NCBI RefSeq assembly: GCF_006345805.1
Contig: NC_043001.1
Span: 130,882,001 to 130,946,000, forward strand
Source: Octopus sinensis
Taxonomy: Eukaryota
Reading direction: 5' to 3'
Length of the DNA: 64,000 nucleotides
The position numbers were made by a program, and so were the translations under genes. Positions 37,850 to 50,939 of the stretch are shown here, piece after piece. Under the pieces are notes generated by a model. That model worked only from the letters and a program-made list of their open reading frames with translations. It was not told where the DNA came from and ran no database searches. How positions within the stretch are numbered: the first letter of the stretch is position 1; each line of letters begins with the position of its first letter.

Positions 37850-38170
37850 ATAAATATCTCTGATACTCCATCGGTTACCACAATGGCTGTTCCAGTTGAT
37901 CTGATCATCAGCCCGCCCATGATACTTGCGTGCATGTGGCTGAGCACTCCACAGATATGCATACCATTAATGTAGTTCTTGGGGAGATTCTCTTTGAAAC
38001 AGAATGTGACGAGGCTGGCCCTTTGAAACACAGATACAACTCATTTTTGCCAGCCGAGTGGACTGAAGCAACATGAAGTTAAGTGACTTGCTCAAGAATA
38101 TAATGTGCTGCCAGGAATTGAACTCATGACCTTACGATCATGAGTCAAATACTCTAATCACTAAGCCATG
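37850..38170 (-). mobile_element. SINE with family G-type head and the alternative tail seen at 24472
   Basis: gtggctgagcactccacaga..., shared with ~24560-24660. Confidence 0.6.
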
Positions 38171-38531
38171 TTCCTTCACTTAATAATTCTTAACTTCAAA
38201 ACACTATGTAGAAAGTGATACCACAGGTCTATAGTAAATTGAATGACAGAAGCCAGTGTGGGATATTCAGCAGTGTTGTATGATCTTGAAATAGCAGTCA
38301 GATCTCTTTCAAGTCAGAAGGGAACAACTGAGCTGAGTTGTTTGGATGCTGACAATATGGAACATCTGATCGGGCATTCAATCTGTTTTAGTGACAGTAC
38401 ATTTTGGCAATGGAGGCAAGCATACAGATACACACACATGTAGTCAGATACATGTGAAGTAATATATACACAGAGTGAGAGAGGAACATAAAGAGCAAAA
38501 GAGAAAGAGAGAGAGAGAGAGAAAGAGAGAG

Positions 38532-38566
<35 letters not shown>

Positions 38567-39313
38567 AGAGAAAGAGAGAGAGAGCAAAAGAGAGACATGG
38601 AGGGGAAGAGACATTACACATGCATACAGATGTAACTAGGTATTCATACACATACACTTTGAGAGGAGAGAAGAAGAAACCAAATGAAATATTAAAACAT
38701 CTGATGCCAATAAGTCAGAGCTGAATCAACAATGACAAATTGGCGGTGCCAAAACAGCTGTGCCGAAATGTCTCGTAGAACCCCTCCCCCCACCTTTAAA
38801 TCACACCTTTAATTTAAATCTGCAGGATCAAAGCTGACCTACCATTAAACAACAACAACAGCTCCGGCAACACTGCAGCTGCTGCATAAGATTATTTAAA
38901 TAAATCATGCTTTGGATATGCAAAATATCCGAGAGAACAGAGCAAGCCAATGTTCAAATCCACTGTAAGAATTTTCGTATAACTCAGACTGGAACATTTC
39001 ATTCTACCTGCGTTCATACCTCATTTCATGCAGCTGTCGGATATAGATCTCGTGTGTCTATCCTTATGTAATACACACTCATGTATAATGCATACCCATA
39101 ATTATAGACAATGATAGCCTGGAAAAATATCTCTTGTGTACCAGTTCCTTTCAGCTGTGCACAGGTGTGCAGACATGTTTTGCAACCAGTGCAGAAAACG
39201 TGTTAAACTGCCTAAAAATAACGTAATAATATACACACACATATATATATATATCCACATACAGATATACATACATAAGTATATATATATATATTCCTTA
39301 ATATTATTATTAT

Positions 39314-39361
<48 letters not shown>

Positions 39362-39734
39362 ATACATACACATGTATGCACACACATGCACATACAGATT
39401 ATACTTATATATATATATTTCACAGCTGTATGTATATACATCTGTACCAAAAGTGAAATTGCTAGAATAAGAATAGGATTGAGGAAGTTCAAAACGTTCT
39501 TACTTCTGCTGGCAACCAAAGGTCTTTCTCTCTCTCTCTCTCTCTCTCAATGAAAAGAAGATTGTATGACGTGTGTGTACGAACAACAATACTACATGGT
39601 AGTAAGACGTGAGCCCTGAAGGAAGAAGACATGTGAAGACTAGAGAGGAATTAAGCTAGTCTGTTCTGCTGGATGTACAACAATACTATGGACAATAAAA
39701 TGGTAGTGTATTGAGAGGAAAAGTTAAGCATAAG

Positions 39735-39945
39735 AGAAATTAGATGCAGTGTGCATCTAAGAGAAGACAGCACTGGCTTAATCATGTGATTTGCATGGAT
39801 CAGAGCAGTTGCTTAAATAAGTGCCGATCACTTAAAGTGGAGGGAAGACATGGGAGAGGGAAACCCAGGAAGACACAGAATGAAGTACTGAAGGTTGATA
39901 TGAAGATGCTGAGCCTTGCAAAGGTAATCACAAAGTGCTGAGGTA
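39735..39945 (+). mobile_element. RTE-type ORF C-terminal remnant
   Basis: RRQHWLNHVICM...KCRSLKVEGRHGRGKPRKT..EVLKVDM. Confidence 0.65.
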
Positions 39946-39956
39946 TTTGGCCTCTT

Positions 39957-40160
39957 ATTTCTTTATTGCCCACAAGAACAGACAAAGGGATTAAGTCGTT
40001 TACATCGACCCCAGTGAGTAACTGGTACTTAATTTATCGACCCCAAAAGGATGAAAGACAAAGTCAACCTCGGCAGAATTTGAACTCAGAATGTAAAGAC
40101 AGACGAAATACTGTGAAACATATCGCGTGGCGTGCTAACGTTTCTGCCAGCTAGCCGCCT
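39957..40160 (-). mobile_element. SINE family B
   Basis: Flanked by tttggcctctt direct repeats (putative TSD). Confidence 0.8.
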
Positions 40161-40559
40161 TTTGGCCTCTTGCTCTACTCAAGAAGACTTGTCCACCACA
40201 GGAGAATTGATATCTTAAAATCACCTTGGTAATGCTTGTCTGTGATAGGCTCTGTCCCAACCCTTCTCATACTCTCTGTACCCCACTCTCAACATTTTCC
40301 CCACCATATTTCATCCTCTAGCACCCATCACTTCTACCCACTAAGAGCAGAATAGGCATCCCTTGGCTTTCTCAGATATTTCTCCCACCCCAAACCCCAT
40401 CCATTTCCAATCATCCCCTCCTTCTGTCTGTACTAATCATTTTCTTTTAGTGTCTTCTCTCTTCTGTGCTTTTCTCCATCATTAAGACTTCGCTTATTTG
40501 CTATCACCCTCAATGCTCTCACCATATCTACTGCAGCCTTACTATCAAGCTTTACTTAT

Positions 40560-40836
40560 ATTGCAGCATGGAAGGTGTTTGTAAGCCATTTAAGAAACAC
40601 ACAAAAGCCGTTCGATTCACTTCAACATTTAAGTTTAATTTGTCAAAATATTTTTGTCGCTATAATCCGCGACCTGTTCACTGACAAAAATCCGTGCTGC
40701 ACGGATTTTTGTCAGTGAACAGGTCGCGGATTATAGCGACGAAAATATTTTGACAAATTAAACTTAAATGTTGAAGTGAATCGAACGGCTTTTGTGTGTT
40801 TCTTAAATGGCTTACAAACACCTTCCACGCTGCAAT
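40560..40836. repeat. 277-bp near-perfect palindrome
   Basis: 138-bp arms, 1-nt centre at 40698, two mismatches seen. Confidence 0.95.
40708..40757 (+). ncRNA. Type I hammerhead-like motif with G3:C8 core variant
   Basis: UUUGUCA-GUGAACA-G-GUCGC(GGAUUAUA)GCGAC-GAAA-AUAU-UU-UGACAAA. Confidence 0.6.
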
Positions 40837-41269
40837 TGTTTTCGTTTCAGCACACGATCTCAGATCAAATCACTTGCTATGCGAGTACACCTCCGTAATT
40901 TACTTATATTTTTTTCTATCATTTACTACAATCACTGCTGTCCTGCTGCCTCATCCAGACAAATCTTTGTATTGCCTTATTTTATTCTCACCACTACAAA
41001 TGTCCCTCAAGGACTTATCTTAACAAATCTTTTTCATCATCTCTTTCACTATTGCTTTCTTTACCTTGCTCTAAATCTCACTTTCCTTTCTTTTCCAACT
41101 GAGGTATCCATGTATTTATAGCAAGACACCTGTCTGTGTCCCTCTATAACTTTAATCCCTCAACTGGCACAAAGTCACTACCCTAAAAAATAAAAATCCC
41201 AGAAAAGGAGTTTTTGTTTATTTTTTTGCTATATTTTTGTCTTGCTAGGTAGTTGGTGACTGTCAATGA

Positions 41270-41455
41270 TGGTGCCAAGGTGAAAAGCACCCTGTACACT
41301 CTGTAAAGTGGTTGGCATTAGGAAGAGCATCCAGCCATCAAAACCATCCTGAAATAGACAATGGAGCCTGGTATGGCTCCCAGCTCTGCCAGCTACAGTC
41401 AAACCATCCAATGCATGCCAGCATGGAAAACAGATTTAAAAGGATGATGATGATG
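41270..41455 (+). mobile_element. RTE-type 3' UTR fragment, diverged
   Basis: gtggttggcattaggaagagcatccagcc...gatgatgatg. Confidence 0.7.
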
Positions 41456-41593
41456 TACACAAATGTATATGCATACAGGACTATGCATACAGGTGTGTGT
41501 GTGTGTAGAGAGAGAGAGAAAGAGTGAAAAAGAGAGAGAAGAGAGAGGAAGAGAGAGAGAGGGGAGAGAGAGAAAGATACTGACAGAGATATG

Positions 41594-41825
41594 TATTTCT
41601 TTATTGCCCTCGAGGGGCTAAACATAGAGGGGACAAACAAGGGCAGACACAAGGATTAAGTCGATTACATCGACCCAGTGTGAAACTGGTACTTTATTTA
41701 TCGACCCCGAGAGGATGAAAGGCAAAGTCGACCTCGGCGGAATTTGAACTCAGAACGTAACGGCAGACGAAATACGGCTACGCATTTTGCCCGGCGTGCT
41801 AGCGATTCTGCCAGCTCGCCGCCTT
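41594..41825 (-). mobile_element. SINE family B
   Basis: Flanked by ctgaca(g/c)agatatgt direct repeats. Confidence 0.85.
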
Positions 41826-41939
41826 ATCTGACACAGATATGTGTGTGCTCATTTGTGTTATTGTGTTTTTGTCTGTGAAATACATGAAACATCTTTCCTT
41901 TTAAACAAGTGATTGAAGACATATTTGTGTCAAAATCTC

Positions 41940-42387
41940 TTTACACACATACACATACAAACACACATACATACATACATACATACAAACGCAGATACAT
42001 ACATACATACATACATACAAACACAGATACATACATACATACAAACGCAGATACATACATACATACATACATACATGCATACATACATACATACATAAAT
42101 ACACACATACATACATACAAAAAGATACATACATACATACATACATACATTCATACATGCGTACATACATACATACATACATACATACACACATACATAC
42201 ATACATACATACATACATACATACATACATACATACATACATACATACATACATACAAACACAGATACATACATACATACAAACGCAGATACATACATAC
42301 ATACATACATAAATACACACATACATACATACAACAGATACATACATACATACATACATACAAACACAGATACATACATACATACAT

Positions 42388-42424
<37 letters not shown>

Positions 42425-42430
42425 TATCAT
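41940..42430. repeat. (TACA)n array with recurring caaac(g/a)cagata interruptions
   Basis: Directly visible. Confidence 0.9.
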
Positions 42431-43030
42431 AAACACACACTTATATACACATTTTTACAGTAGATTTAATTCAATTTTGTTTCCTTGTCATTGTAAACAA
42501 TTACAACTAAAGAGGTTTGCAACCTAAATTAAAGGAGCCAACAACAAATAAATATATATCAATAAGCAAATGATAGTAAGAAAATGAAAACAAATTAACA
42601 CGTATTGATTAATATACATGACATATATTAACTGTTGAACACAGTAATTACACTTCATTACAACAATAAAAATAAAACATAATTATATAGTTAAATATAA
42701 AGAAATTTGTAAGCAGCACACATACATAGATAAACACAGTCACATACATACATACATACATACATATATATGGATGTGCAATAATGTACCTATATAACTT
42801 AATAATGCAAGAGAGCATTGTTCTGATTTGTGATCACTCTGGGAAATAAACTGTTTTTCTGATCCAACTTGGGAACCTCTGTGTTCAGTTGATATGCTAG
42901 AAAGAGAAGTCAAATGTCCTTCATATCAAATTCAGGTTTGTGCAAAGCCACTTATAGGTCCAGAGGGGATGTAAAATGTAGGTCTTCATTTCAAATTACT
43001 TAGAAAATATTGTAATACTCAATGCTCAAT

Positions 43031-43064
<34 letters not shown>

Positions 43065-43066
<2 letters not shown>

Positions 43067-43379
43067 CACCGTGATCACCGTGACCAACCAGGCTATCAGA
43101 TGTTGCTACACATCGCTGGTCACAATGCACTTCGCATTGTTTTAGCCTTCAAATGACGCCACCCCGCTGGCTAAGCGAGCAGGCCAACAAAAGAAAGAGT
43201 GAGAGAAAGTTGTGGTGAAAGAGTACAGCAGGGATCGCCCCCCCCCCCCTGCCAGAGCCTCATGGAGTTTTTAGGTGTTTTCGCTCAATAAACACACACA
43301 ACACCCGGTCTGGGAATCGAAACCGCGATCCCACGACCGCGAGTCTGCTGCCCTAACCACTGGGCCATTGCGCCTCCAC
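43065..43379 (-). mobile_element. SINE family C
   Basis: Reverse complement of 18425-18733. Confidence 0.85.
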
Positions 43380-43389
43380 ACATATATAT

Positions 43390-43451
<62 letters not shown>

Positions 43452-43462
43452 TATATATATAT

Positions 43463-43504
<42 letters not shown>

Positions 43505-44689
43505 ATAAGAGTTATGGGTATATATTCATATGCAACATTGAATAAAATACATTTTATTTAACACTGATTTTTGTGACTTTATTTAATTAATTCCAGCTTG
43601 ACCTAGCTTTACACATGCAAGCAAATTTACTGTTAGCTTTTCTTATATTCCAGAACTAATGTTCTGACAAGGCTATGAAGGACAAATTTGTTATTTGTGG
43701 CTAATGATGCATAACAATGCAGAAATGCATGCATACCACAATTTGATCTTATTTGAAACCAAATGTGTTTTCACACATACTCTCTCTAAGAGGATATATT
43801 TCTCCCATGTCTGTGGAAAATTTTCTTGTGTTTGAACAGACACAAATGTGTTAAATATCATTGTATATGCATATATCATCATCATCATTTAACATCCACA
43901 GAATTTTTTGAAGCAGATTTCCTACAGCTGGATGTCCTTCTTGTTGCCAAACCTCGCTAATTCCAAGCAAAGTAATATTTTCGCATGTCTAGGCATGTTT
44001 TTTATTTTATTTTACAGACAACTAGAAGCAAAAAATATTGCTTGTGTGACAGAGATAATTGTTTACAACCATCACATAATGTCAAAACAGCTATGATTAA
44101 GACCTGGAGAGGATTAACCCCACCAGATTTAAATGCTTGAGACATGCCATATTTCATGAAGGTGCCCTTATGACTCTATCAGGAATAGAGAACTCAAAGC
44201 AAAGCATTCTTCATTATATGTCACCAGCATCATAGCTGCTCCCAAATACTGCAACAATTTCAGATCCTTTTCAGGCTTACCAGTTATCCAAAGAATTCAC
44301 AACAAGCAATGTCCACAAGACTGTCTACAAATAAAAGACTAAATTAATAGATTAATTATTGCAAAACATTTTCAAGCAAATGAAGTTTGTGTCATTTAAT
44401 GAGAAAGATATCACATTCTGCCTTTCACCTCACTTCACTACACAGGAGACCTATCTCAGAAAGTATTAACCAAAAGCTATAGGAATCCAAGCAGAACAAA
44501 CTGCTTGAAACGACCAGCACCACTTAGTAGTTAGCAATAATGATAGCATCGTAAGTACTACAAAGCTACCATTACCAACAATGCCATAAACAGAACCATC
44601 AACCAATGTCATAAACACAACCATCACCGACATCGCTATTATCAACACCAATGCTTTTACCACTTTGAGGCAGCCACTATCATCATCAT

Positions 44690-45249
44690 CATCATCATCA
44701 TCATCATTTATACCATCAATGCCACTAGTACAGTTTGCTGTCAATACTGAAAGAAAAGCCATGCTGACAACAAACAATATAAATACCATCACCATCACCA
44801 CCACCACCACAACCACTACCACCACCACCAGTGCTGCCACTGCTGCTGCCACCGACACCATTGCAACTGTCACCATCACCACTTCAATTGATATTACATC
44901 ACTAACTAACCACTACTGAAACCAGGCTTTTGCTACCAATTATGTCATAACTACCACCACCACCACCACCACCACTTCCATTTATATTACATCACTAATC
45001 ACTACTAAAACCAATGCTTTTGATACTGAATATGCCACAACCGTAACCACCACCACCACCACCACTACCAACAACAACAAGAACAGCAGTAACAAGAACA
45101 ACAACAACAACATGACCATGCCCACTACTGCAACTACCACTGACACTATCAAACTACAACTGCAACTATCACCTTGAAACTAGCACTAACAGTGGGAGGA
45201 GATAGATAGATAGATAGATAGATAGACAGATAGATATAGATAGATAGAT

Positions 45250-45324
<75 letters not shown>

Positions 45325-45335
45325 CAGAGAGAGAG
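44690..45335. repeat. ACC/CAT/AAC mosaic followed by (GATA)n
   Basis: Directly visible. Confidence 0.85.
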
Positions 45336-45944
45336 AGAAGGAGAGAGTAACATATTTACCTTCTTATCAACCGTTTCCTTTGACCTCTTTGAATGCAAAT
45401 TTCTAAGTTAAGGTCAAATATACAAGTAGCTGGGAATTGATAGTCGGGATATTTACACCTCTTCTACTTGCCATTCCTCGCCTCATCTACTTGAAAGAAT
45501 GATTAGTCAAGAATGTCTCCCTGCGAACTATTGATCATCTCCGCATTACAGTTTCTGACCCTAAATAAGATCAAAGACATCACTATCATGCTAGCATTAT
45601 GGCTAGAACTTCCTGTCCATTCACTGACTTGAAAGTTAATGGTCAAGGATTGCCCATAAGAATTTGGTGCCGCTATTAGACCTGCCTTGTCCAGAAAGAG
45701 TTTGTGCAGGTCAAGATAATTAAAATACAGGACTATAATAGTTTTCTGGGGATCAATGCTTACCATCTCATTTGCCTGGTTTCTCTATGCTTCACCGAAT
45801 TGATACCTTTCACTCGGCCATTATCATGTAAATTACAACTTGTCAGGGAATTAATAAATTGCTTGTATTAACAAGTAATAGGAAGGTGCAATTTATTCTC
45901 ATATGTACAAATACAATATATGTGTGTGTGCATATATATATGCT

Positions 45945-45996
<52 letters not shown>

Positions 45997-46946
45997 TATA
46001 TGCACACGTAAATCACATATTTAATATTCATTATACAACTTCATATAAAAATATATATATGTATGTATATGTTTATATATATATAAATATAGATGTATAT
46101 ACACCTATATATTAAATATTACATAACTACAATACACTTAGAAATGTTACATTTATGCATTTGTAGTTTACATATATTACTTAATTTTGTATATTATATT
46201 ACATAAATATGCATATGCAAATATGTACACACACACAAACATATTTATACATATACAAACATTATATATATATATATTATATTATAATATATATATATAT
46301 ATATATATTATATAATATATATATATATATATATTATATGTATATATATATAATATATATATATAATATATATATATATACATACAAACATTATATATAT
46401 AATATATATATATATATATACATACAAGCTATATATACACACACACACACACACTCATATATATATATATATATATATAAATGCAAAGTATACACATAAA
46501 TTTCCCCTCATCTATTAGAGTCCACAACCAATGCACCACTAACCAACCCTAGGACACCAACAACAGCTGCAGACAGCCCTTACTTCATATCTGTAATCCA
46601 TGTCTCTTCTCTTATTTTATCTTAGTCATGCATATAGGTCTCCTATTTACATGGCTGACAGCTTGGTTGTGATGAAAATTGCATGTGTGCACAGGTGACA
46701 GATTGCAGGATACCAGTCTAAGGAGGTAATTACTGAATGCCTTTGGATATATATGTAGGCAAAAGTTAATTGCTTTCCAACATCTATTAAAATTTTCTTA
46801 ATAAGTGAGAAAATTTCTACTGCACCTTTTGCTCCTGTTAAACACATATTCACTAGGTTGTTCTTTTGTAGGTCAACTAAGGTATAGTACATATACAAAG
46901 AAGCACACTTTATATGTAGAAAGGTGTTTGTTAAAAAGAACTTAAT

Positions 46947-47261
46947 CAGTGGTTTTCATCCTGAATTCATAAGACCCCCCACCAAGTGTCCATCTGAAAT
47001 TGCTGGGGGTCCATGCAAAAATGCAGAATAGTAAACTGGGGACTTACAGCACTATATTAAGTGTCCATAAAAATATTTTGCTTTAGGTGTATTTCTCAAG
47101 CGTTTTACATCATTCAACCAACCAAAGTTAATGTGTGGAAAACGAAATAGTAATTTTGAAAAAAGTATGTATAAAACTAACTTTTAAAGATCGAATTTAT
47201 TCCACCAGAATAAAATTGTAATCAAAGGGATCCATAGGTAACAAATGGTTGGGAACCATTG
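46947..47261. mobile_element. hAT (Charlie-like) MITE
   Basis: Ends CAGTGGTTTTCATCC and GGTTGGGAACCATTG resemble Charlie-type TIRs; TSD not conserved. Confidence 0.6.
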
Positions 47262-47502
47262 GGCTAAATGAACTGAATAAACTGCAGTGTATATTTAAAT
47301 TAATCTGCACCATCATCCATGAATCCAGTTTGATGTGAAAAGTAAATTTGATCTTGGTGCGATTTGAACATGGATTGAACTTGATACTCTAACGAATTTG
47401 GTCTGATTTATCTACCTTAAATTATCACTAATTCTACAAACTTTCCTTATGGTATGGTAGCAGAGTAAACACTTGGAGCTCTTTCAGTCCACCACCTTTT
47501 AT

Positions 47503-47838
47503 GACCCCCTTCGGTCAGACACTGACCATGGGTTTGCACCTAGAGAGTTACCCTCCTAGGCACAAGTCCGGGCAAGGTTGTTTTATGGAAGACCAGCAGT
47601 CGCCCATGCATACCGGTCTCCCCTCTCCACGTCACCGATGTTGTCCAAGGGAAAGGCAAGGGCCGATACAGCTTGGCACCTGTGACGTCGCAACTCATTT
47701 CTACAGCTGAGTGAACTGGAGCAATGTGAAATAAAGTGTCTTACTTAAGAACACAACACGCAGCCTGGTCCGGGATTCGAGCTCACAACCTCACGATCGT
47801 AAGCTCGACGCTCTAACCACTGAGCCACGCGCCTCCAC
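47503..47838 (-). mobile_element. SINE family G, full length
   Basis: Minus head GGCTCAGTGGTTAGAGCG...GAGCTCGAATCCC (A and B boxes). Confidence 0.85.
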
Positions 47839-47934
47839 CACAACCCACCTTGTAATCATAAACCATCTCTCTCTCTCTCTCCCTCTCTTTCTCTTTCTCA
47901 CTGCCAAGGAACTCATTCTCTTCAATTATTTAGT

Positions 47935-49020
47935 CACTCCAGTGAAACATGGGCTGTGACAGCTGAGTACATGCGTGGGCTTGAAAGAAATGAAGCTAGT
48001 ATACTTCATTGGATGTGTAATGTCAGTGTGCATGTATAACAGAGTGTAAATGTTTCTAGAGAATAGTTGGGTATAAGAAGCATCAAATGTGGTGTGCAAG
48101 AGAGACGACTGTGTTGGTATAGTCATGTGATGCATATGAGGGCGGTGAGCTGGTGGAAACGTTAGCGCGCTGGGCGAAATGCTTAGCGGTATTTCTTCTG
48201 CCGTTACGTTCTGAGTTCAAATTCCGCCGAGGTCGACTTTGCCTTTTATCCTTTCGGGGTCGATAAATTAAGTACCAGTTATGCACTGGGGTCGATAATC
48301 CGTTTGTCTGTCATTGTTTGTCCCCTCTGTGTTTAGCCCCTTGTGGGTAGTAAAGAAATAGATGCATATGCATGTGGACAGATGTATGGAAAAGTGTCGA
48401 TTTCTATCAGCGGAAGGAAGATAGGGAAGCGGGAGACCCAGGAAGACATGGGATGAGGTGGAGAAAAGTGATCTTTGATCATTGGGCCTCATGGAGGCAA
48501 TGACTAGTGACCGTGACCTTTGGTGATATGCCATGCTTGAGATGACCCATCAAGCGAAGCGAAATCATTGTTGTGTCTGTTGTCAGTGTCATATAACTTT
48601 CAACCATGCCGGTGGCACATAAAAAGTACCTTTTGAGCGTTGGACCTCACGAAAGCAATGTGGCCAATGCCAGTGTCACATAACTAGCACTGGTGCCAGT
48701 GGCATGTAAAAGCACCTTTCGAGTGCTGGGCTTCACGGGAGCAATGACAAATGACCAAGACCTCTGGCAATATGCTGTGCTTGTGAAATCATAGTCATGG
48801 AAAATACTGCTGTCACACAACTGGCTAGTGGCGCATAAAAACACCCATTACATTCTCAGAGTGGTTGGCATTAAAAGGAGCATCCAGCCATAGAACCCAT
48901 GCCAAATCAGACTGGAGTCTGGTGCAGACCCTCCCCAGCCAGCTTACCAGCCCTGGTTAAATCCATGTCAGTATGGACAACGGACATTAAATTATGATGA
49001 TGAAGATGATGATGATTATG
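47935..49020 (+). mobile_element. RTE-type LINE 3' remnant (ORF end, 3' UTR and (GAT)n tail), split by SINE B
   Basis: SETWAVT...LERNEASILHWMC...RRLCWYSHVMHM / KCR...GRPRKTWDEV..DL...DRDLW, then UTR subrepeats and tail. Confidence 0.8.
48139..48360 (+). mobile_element. SINE family B
   Basis: 10-bp TSD gatgcatatg at 48129 and 48361. Confidence 0.85.
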
Positions 49021-49374
49021 AAGTTCAAGACATACAACCGCAGCCATAATATTTTGTCTTGGAACAGGCTGCATGGTTAACAAACAGGTTCCACTTCTAT
49101 ACCAAATTTGAATTAGAACAGAAATGGCAGCCAGTTATATAATAACATGCAAATAGCAATATGCCCAAGTAACACCTTTTTTTTTTATCACTTTACTTGT
49201 TTCAGTCATTAGACTGCAACCATGCATCCAGTCCTTTTTTTGCTTTGGAGCATCGTACTTATTTTATCAATCTCTTTTCTAGAACTGCTAAGTTACAGGA
49301 ACGTAAACATACCAACACTGGTGGTCAAGTGGTGATGGGGGACAAACACAAAAATAAAGACACACACTCACACT

Positions 49375-49560
49375 CGGCGATTTTTTTTCCTCTGTCTTCC
49401 CTTCTCAGGATCTTTCCTTCTCCTATGTTTCCGACGAAGAGCTCCACACGAAACGGTAAACCCTCCTTCTTTCCTTCTTTCCTGAGCATCCAATAATACT
49501 ATACTTGTTCCACGTCCTCGCGTTGTTGTGTTTTTTTGTGCTTTCTTGTTTGGATTAACT
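49375..49560 (+). mobile_element. Family E repeat (hammerhead-bearing, stem II disrupted)
   Basis: GUUU-CCGACGA-A-GAGCUCCACAC-GAAA-CGGU-AAAC at 49427-49461. Confidence 0.75.
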
Positions 49561-50939
49561 ATATATACATATATATATACAGAGCTGGGTGTAAATCCAT
49601 TAACTGTTAATTAATGAAGTTAACATTTTCGTTAACTACTTAACTTTTAAGTTAACTTTGAAAATCATCATTGGACTAATTAACTTCCATTACATTTAGC
49701 TTCCATTAACTCAAATTCGTTAACCCCCAAATTTCATAAAAACTGGTAAACATTTAAAAGTTTCTATTGTTTTCAATGCTACTTATTATAAATATCTTGT
49801 AGGATCTCGTTTGGCCCTGCCTGGATTTGAAACCAAACCCACCCACTTGTTGCAAACACAGCGGTAAATTTCTTTGTCCTGTAAAGAGACTTGATCTGTG
49901 ACCTTGCTGAGGTGGATGTCAACAGAGAAAATATTGTCTTCCATAAAGTGGAAAAAATAAATGGAAGGAAAAAAGTTGGTAACTATTTCGGTGTGAACAC
50001 AAATAACTGTTATGTGGCAGCAGGGAATGCTAGAAATAGCAGGCAAATCTTTCCTTTTCTGGAAATGAGCCGTTTATGCATGATCTTGATGTCTGCAAAA
50101 TAATCTGGAAAAGAAAAAAAAAAACTCCCTTGGTGGGAAACTTCGAGGTCCCTACCACCCCTCCCACCTATTTTTTCCAGAACTGTGGCTTGCAGTGGGT
50201 TTGGAGGTCAAATAATTTGAATGCACCCACAAAAAATTGTGGAAAAAAATTATTCCACACCGAGGTACGAAATATTTACCAAAAGAATGAAATATTTACC
50301 AAAAGAATAATATCTTGTACCAATTATACCTATATTTTAATTAATTCAAATTAATGTACCCCTTTTTGAAAAGTAGCAAATTTTTGTTGGTTGATATCTG
50401 GGAAAATTTATTAACAAATTATACAGGTAAGATGCATTAAGAATTTCAATTTTAACGTTTATCCATAATGTTATTGCTTTTACACCTGTTAATTAGATTT
50501 ACCTGCTCATAAAATTCAAATTTACTCAGCAAGATCAGCTAAAGTTATATAACTATAAACCATGATATATAAAGCATCCACTGACAAAATTTCAAATCTG
50601 TATGTAAAAAATTAACAAAGTTGCAAGCAAATATTGTGGACACCCCTCTTGAACCTGAATAGCTTAAAATAACAAATAAGAATTACATTTGACAGATTAA
50701 TATGAATACTAAAGGTGTTTTTAGTTTTTTTTTCTTACACACACACATAACATGGCCAAGTTCAGTTGGGACTACATGTGTGTTACTTTGACATCATCAT
50801 TCCATAAAATTTGTTTATGGGGAAAAAAATATTGAAAAGTATCAATAGATGTGTGAGTGAGAAAGAAACAAGGAGTGAGGGTTTGGGACATGCTAGAAAC
50901 CACAGCCAAATAATCCTTAAATCACACATTTGAGTGAGG

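Noticed and set aside
40837-40900. Second GAAAC-containing motif beside the palindrome
   Set aside because: No consistent core or stem III
45503-45766. 87-aa ORF in unique sequence
   Set aside because: No recognisable motif; length is within chance expectation
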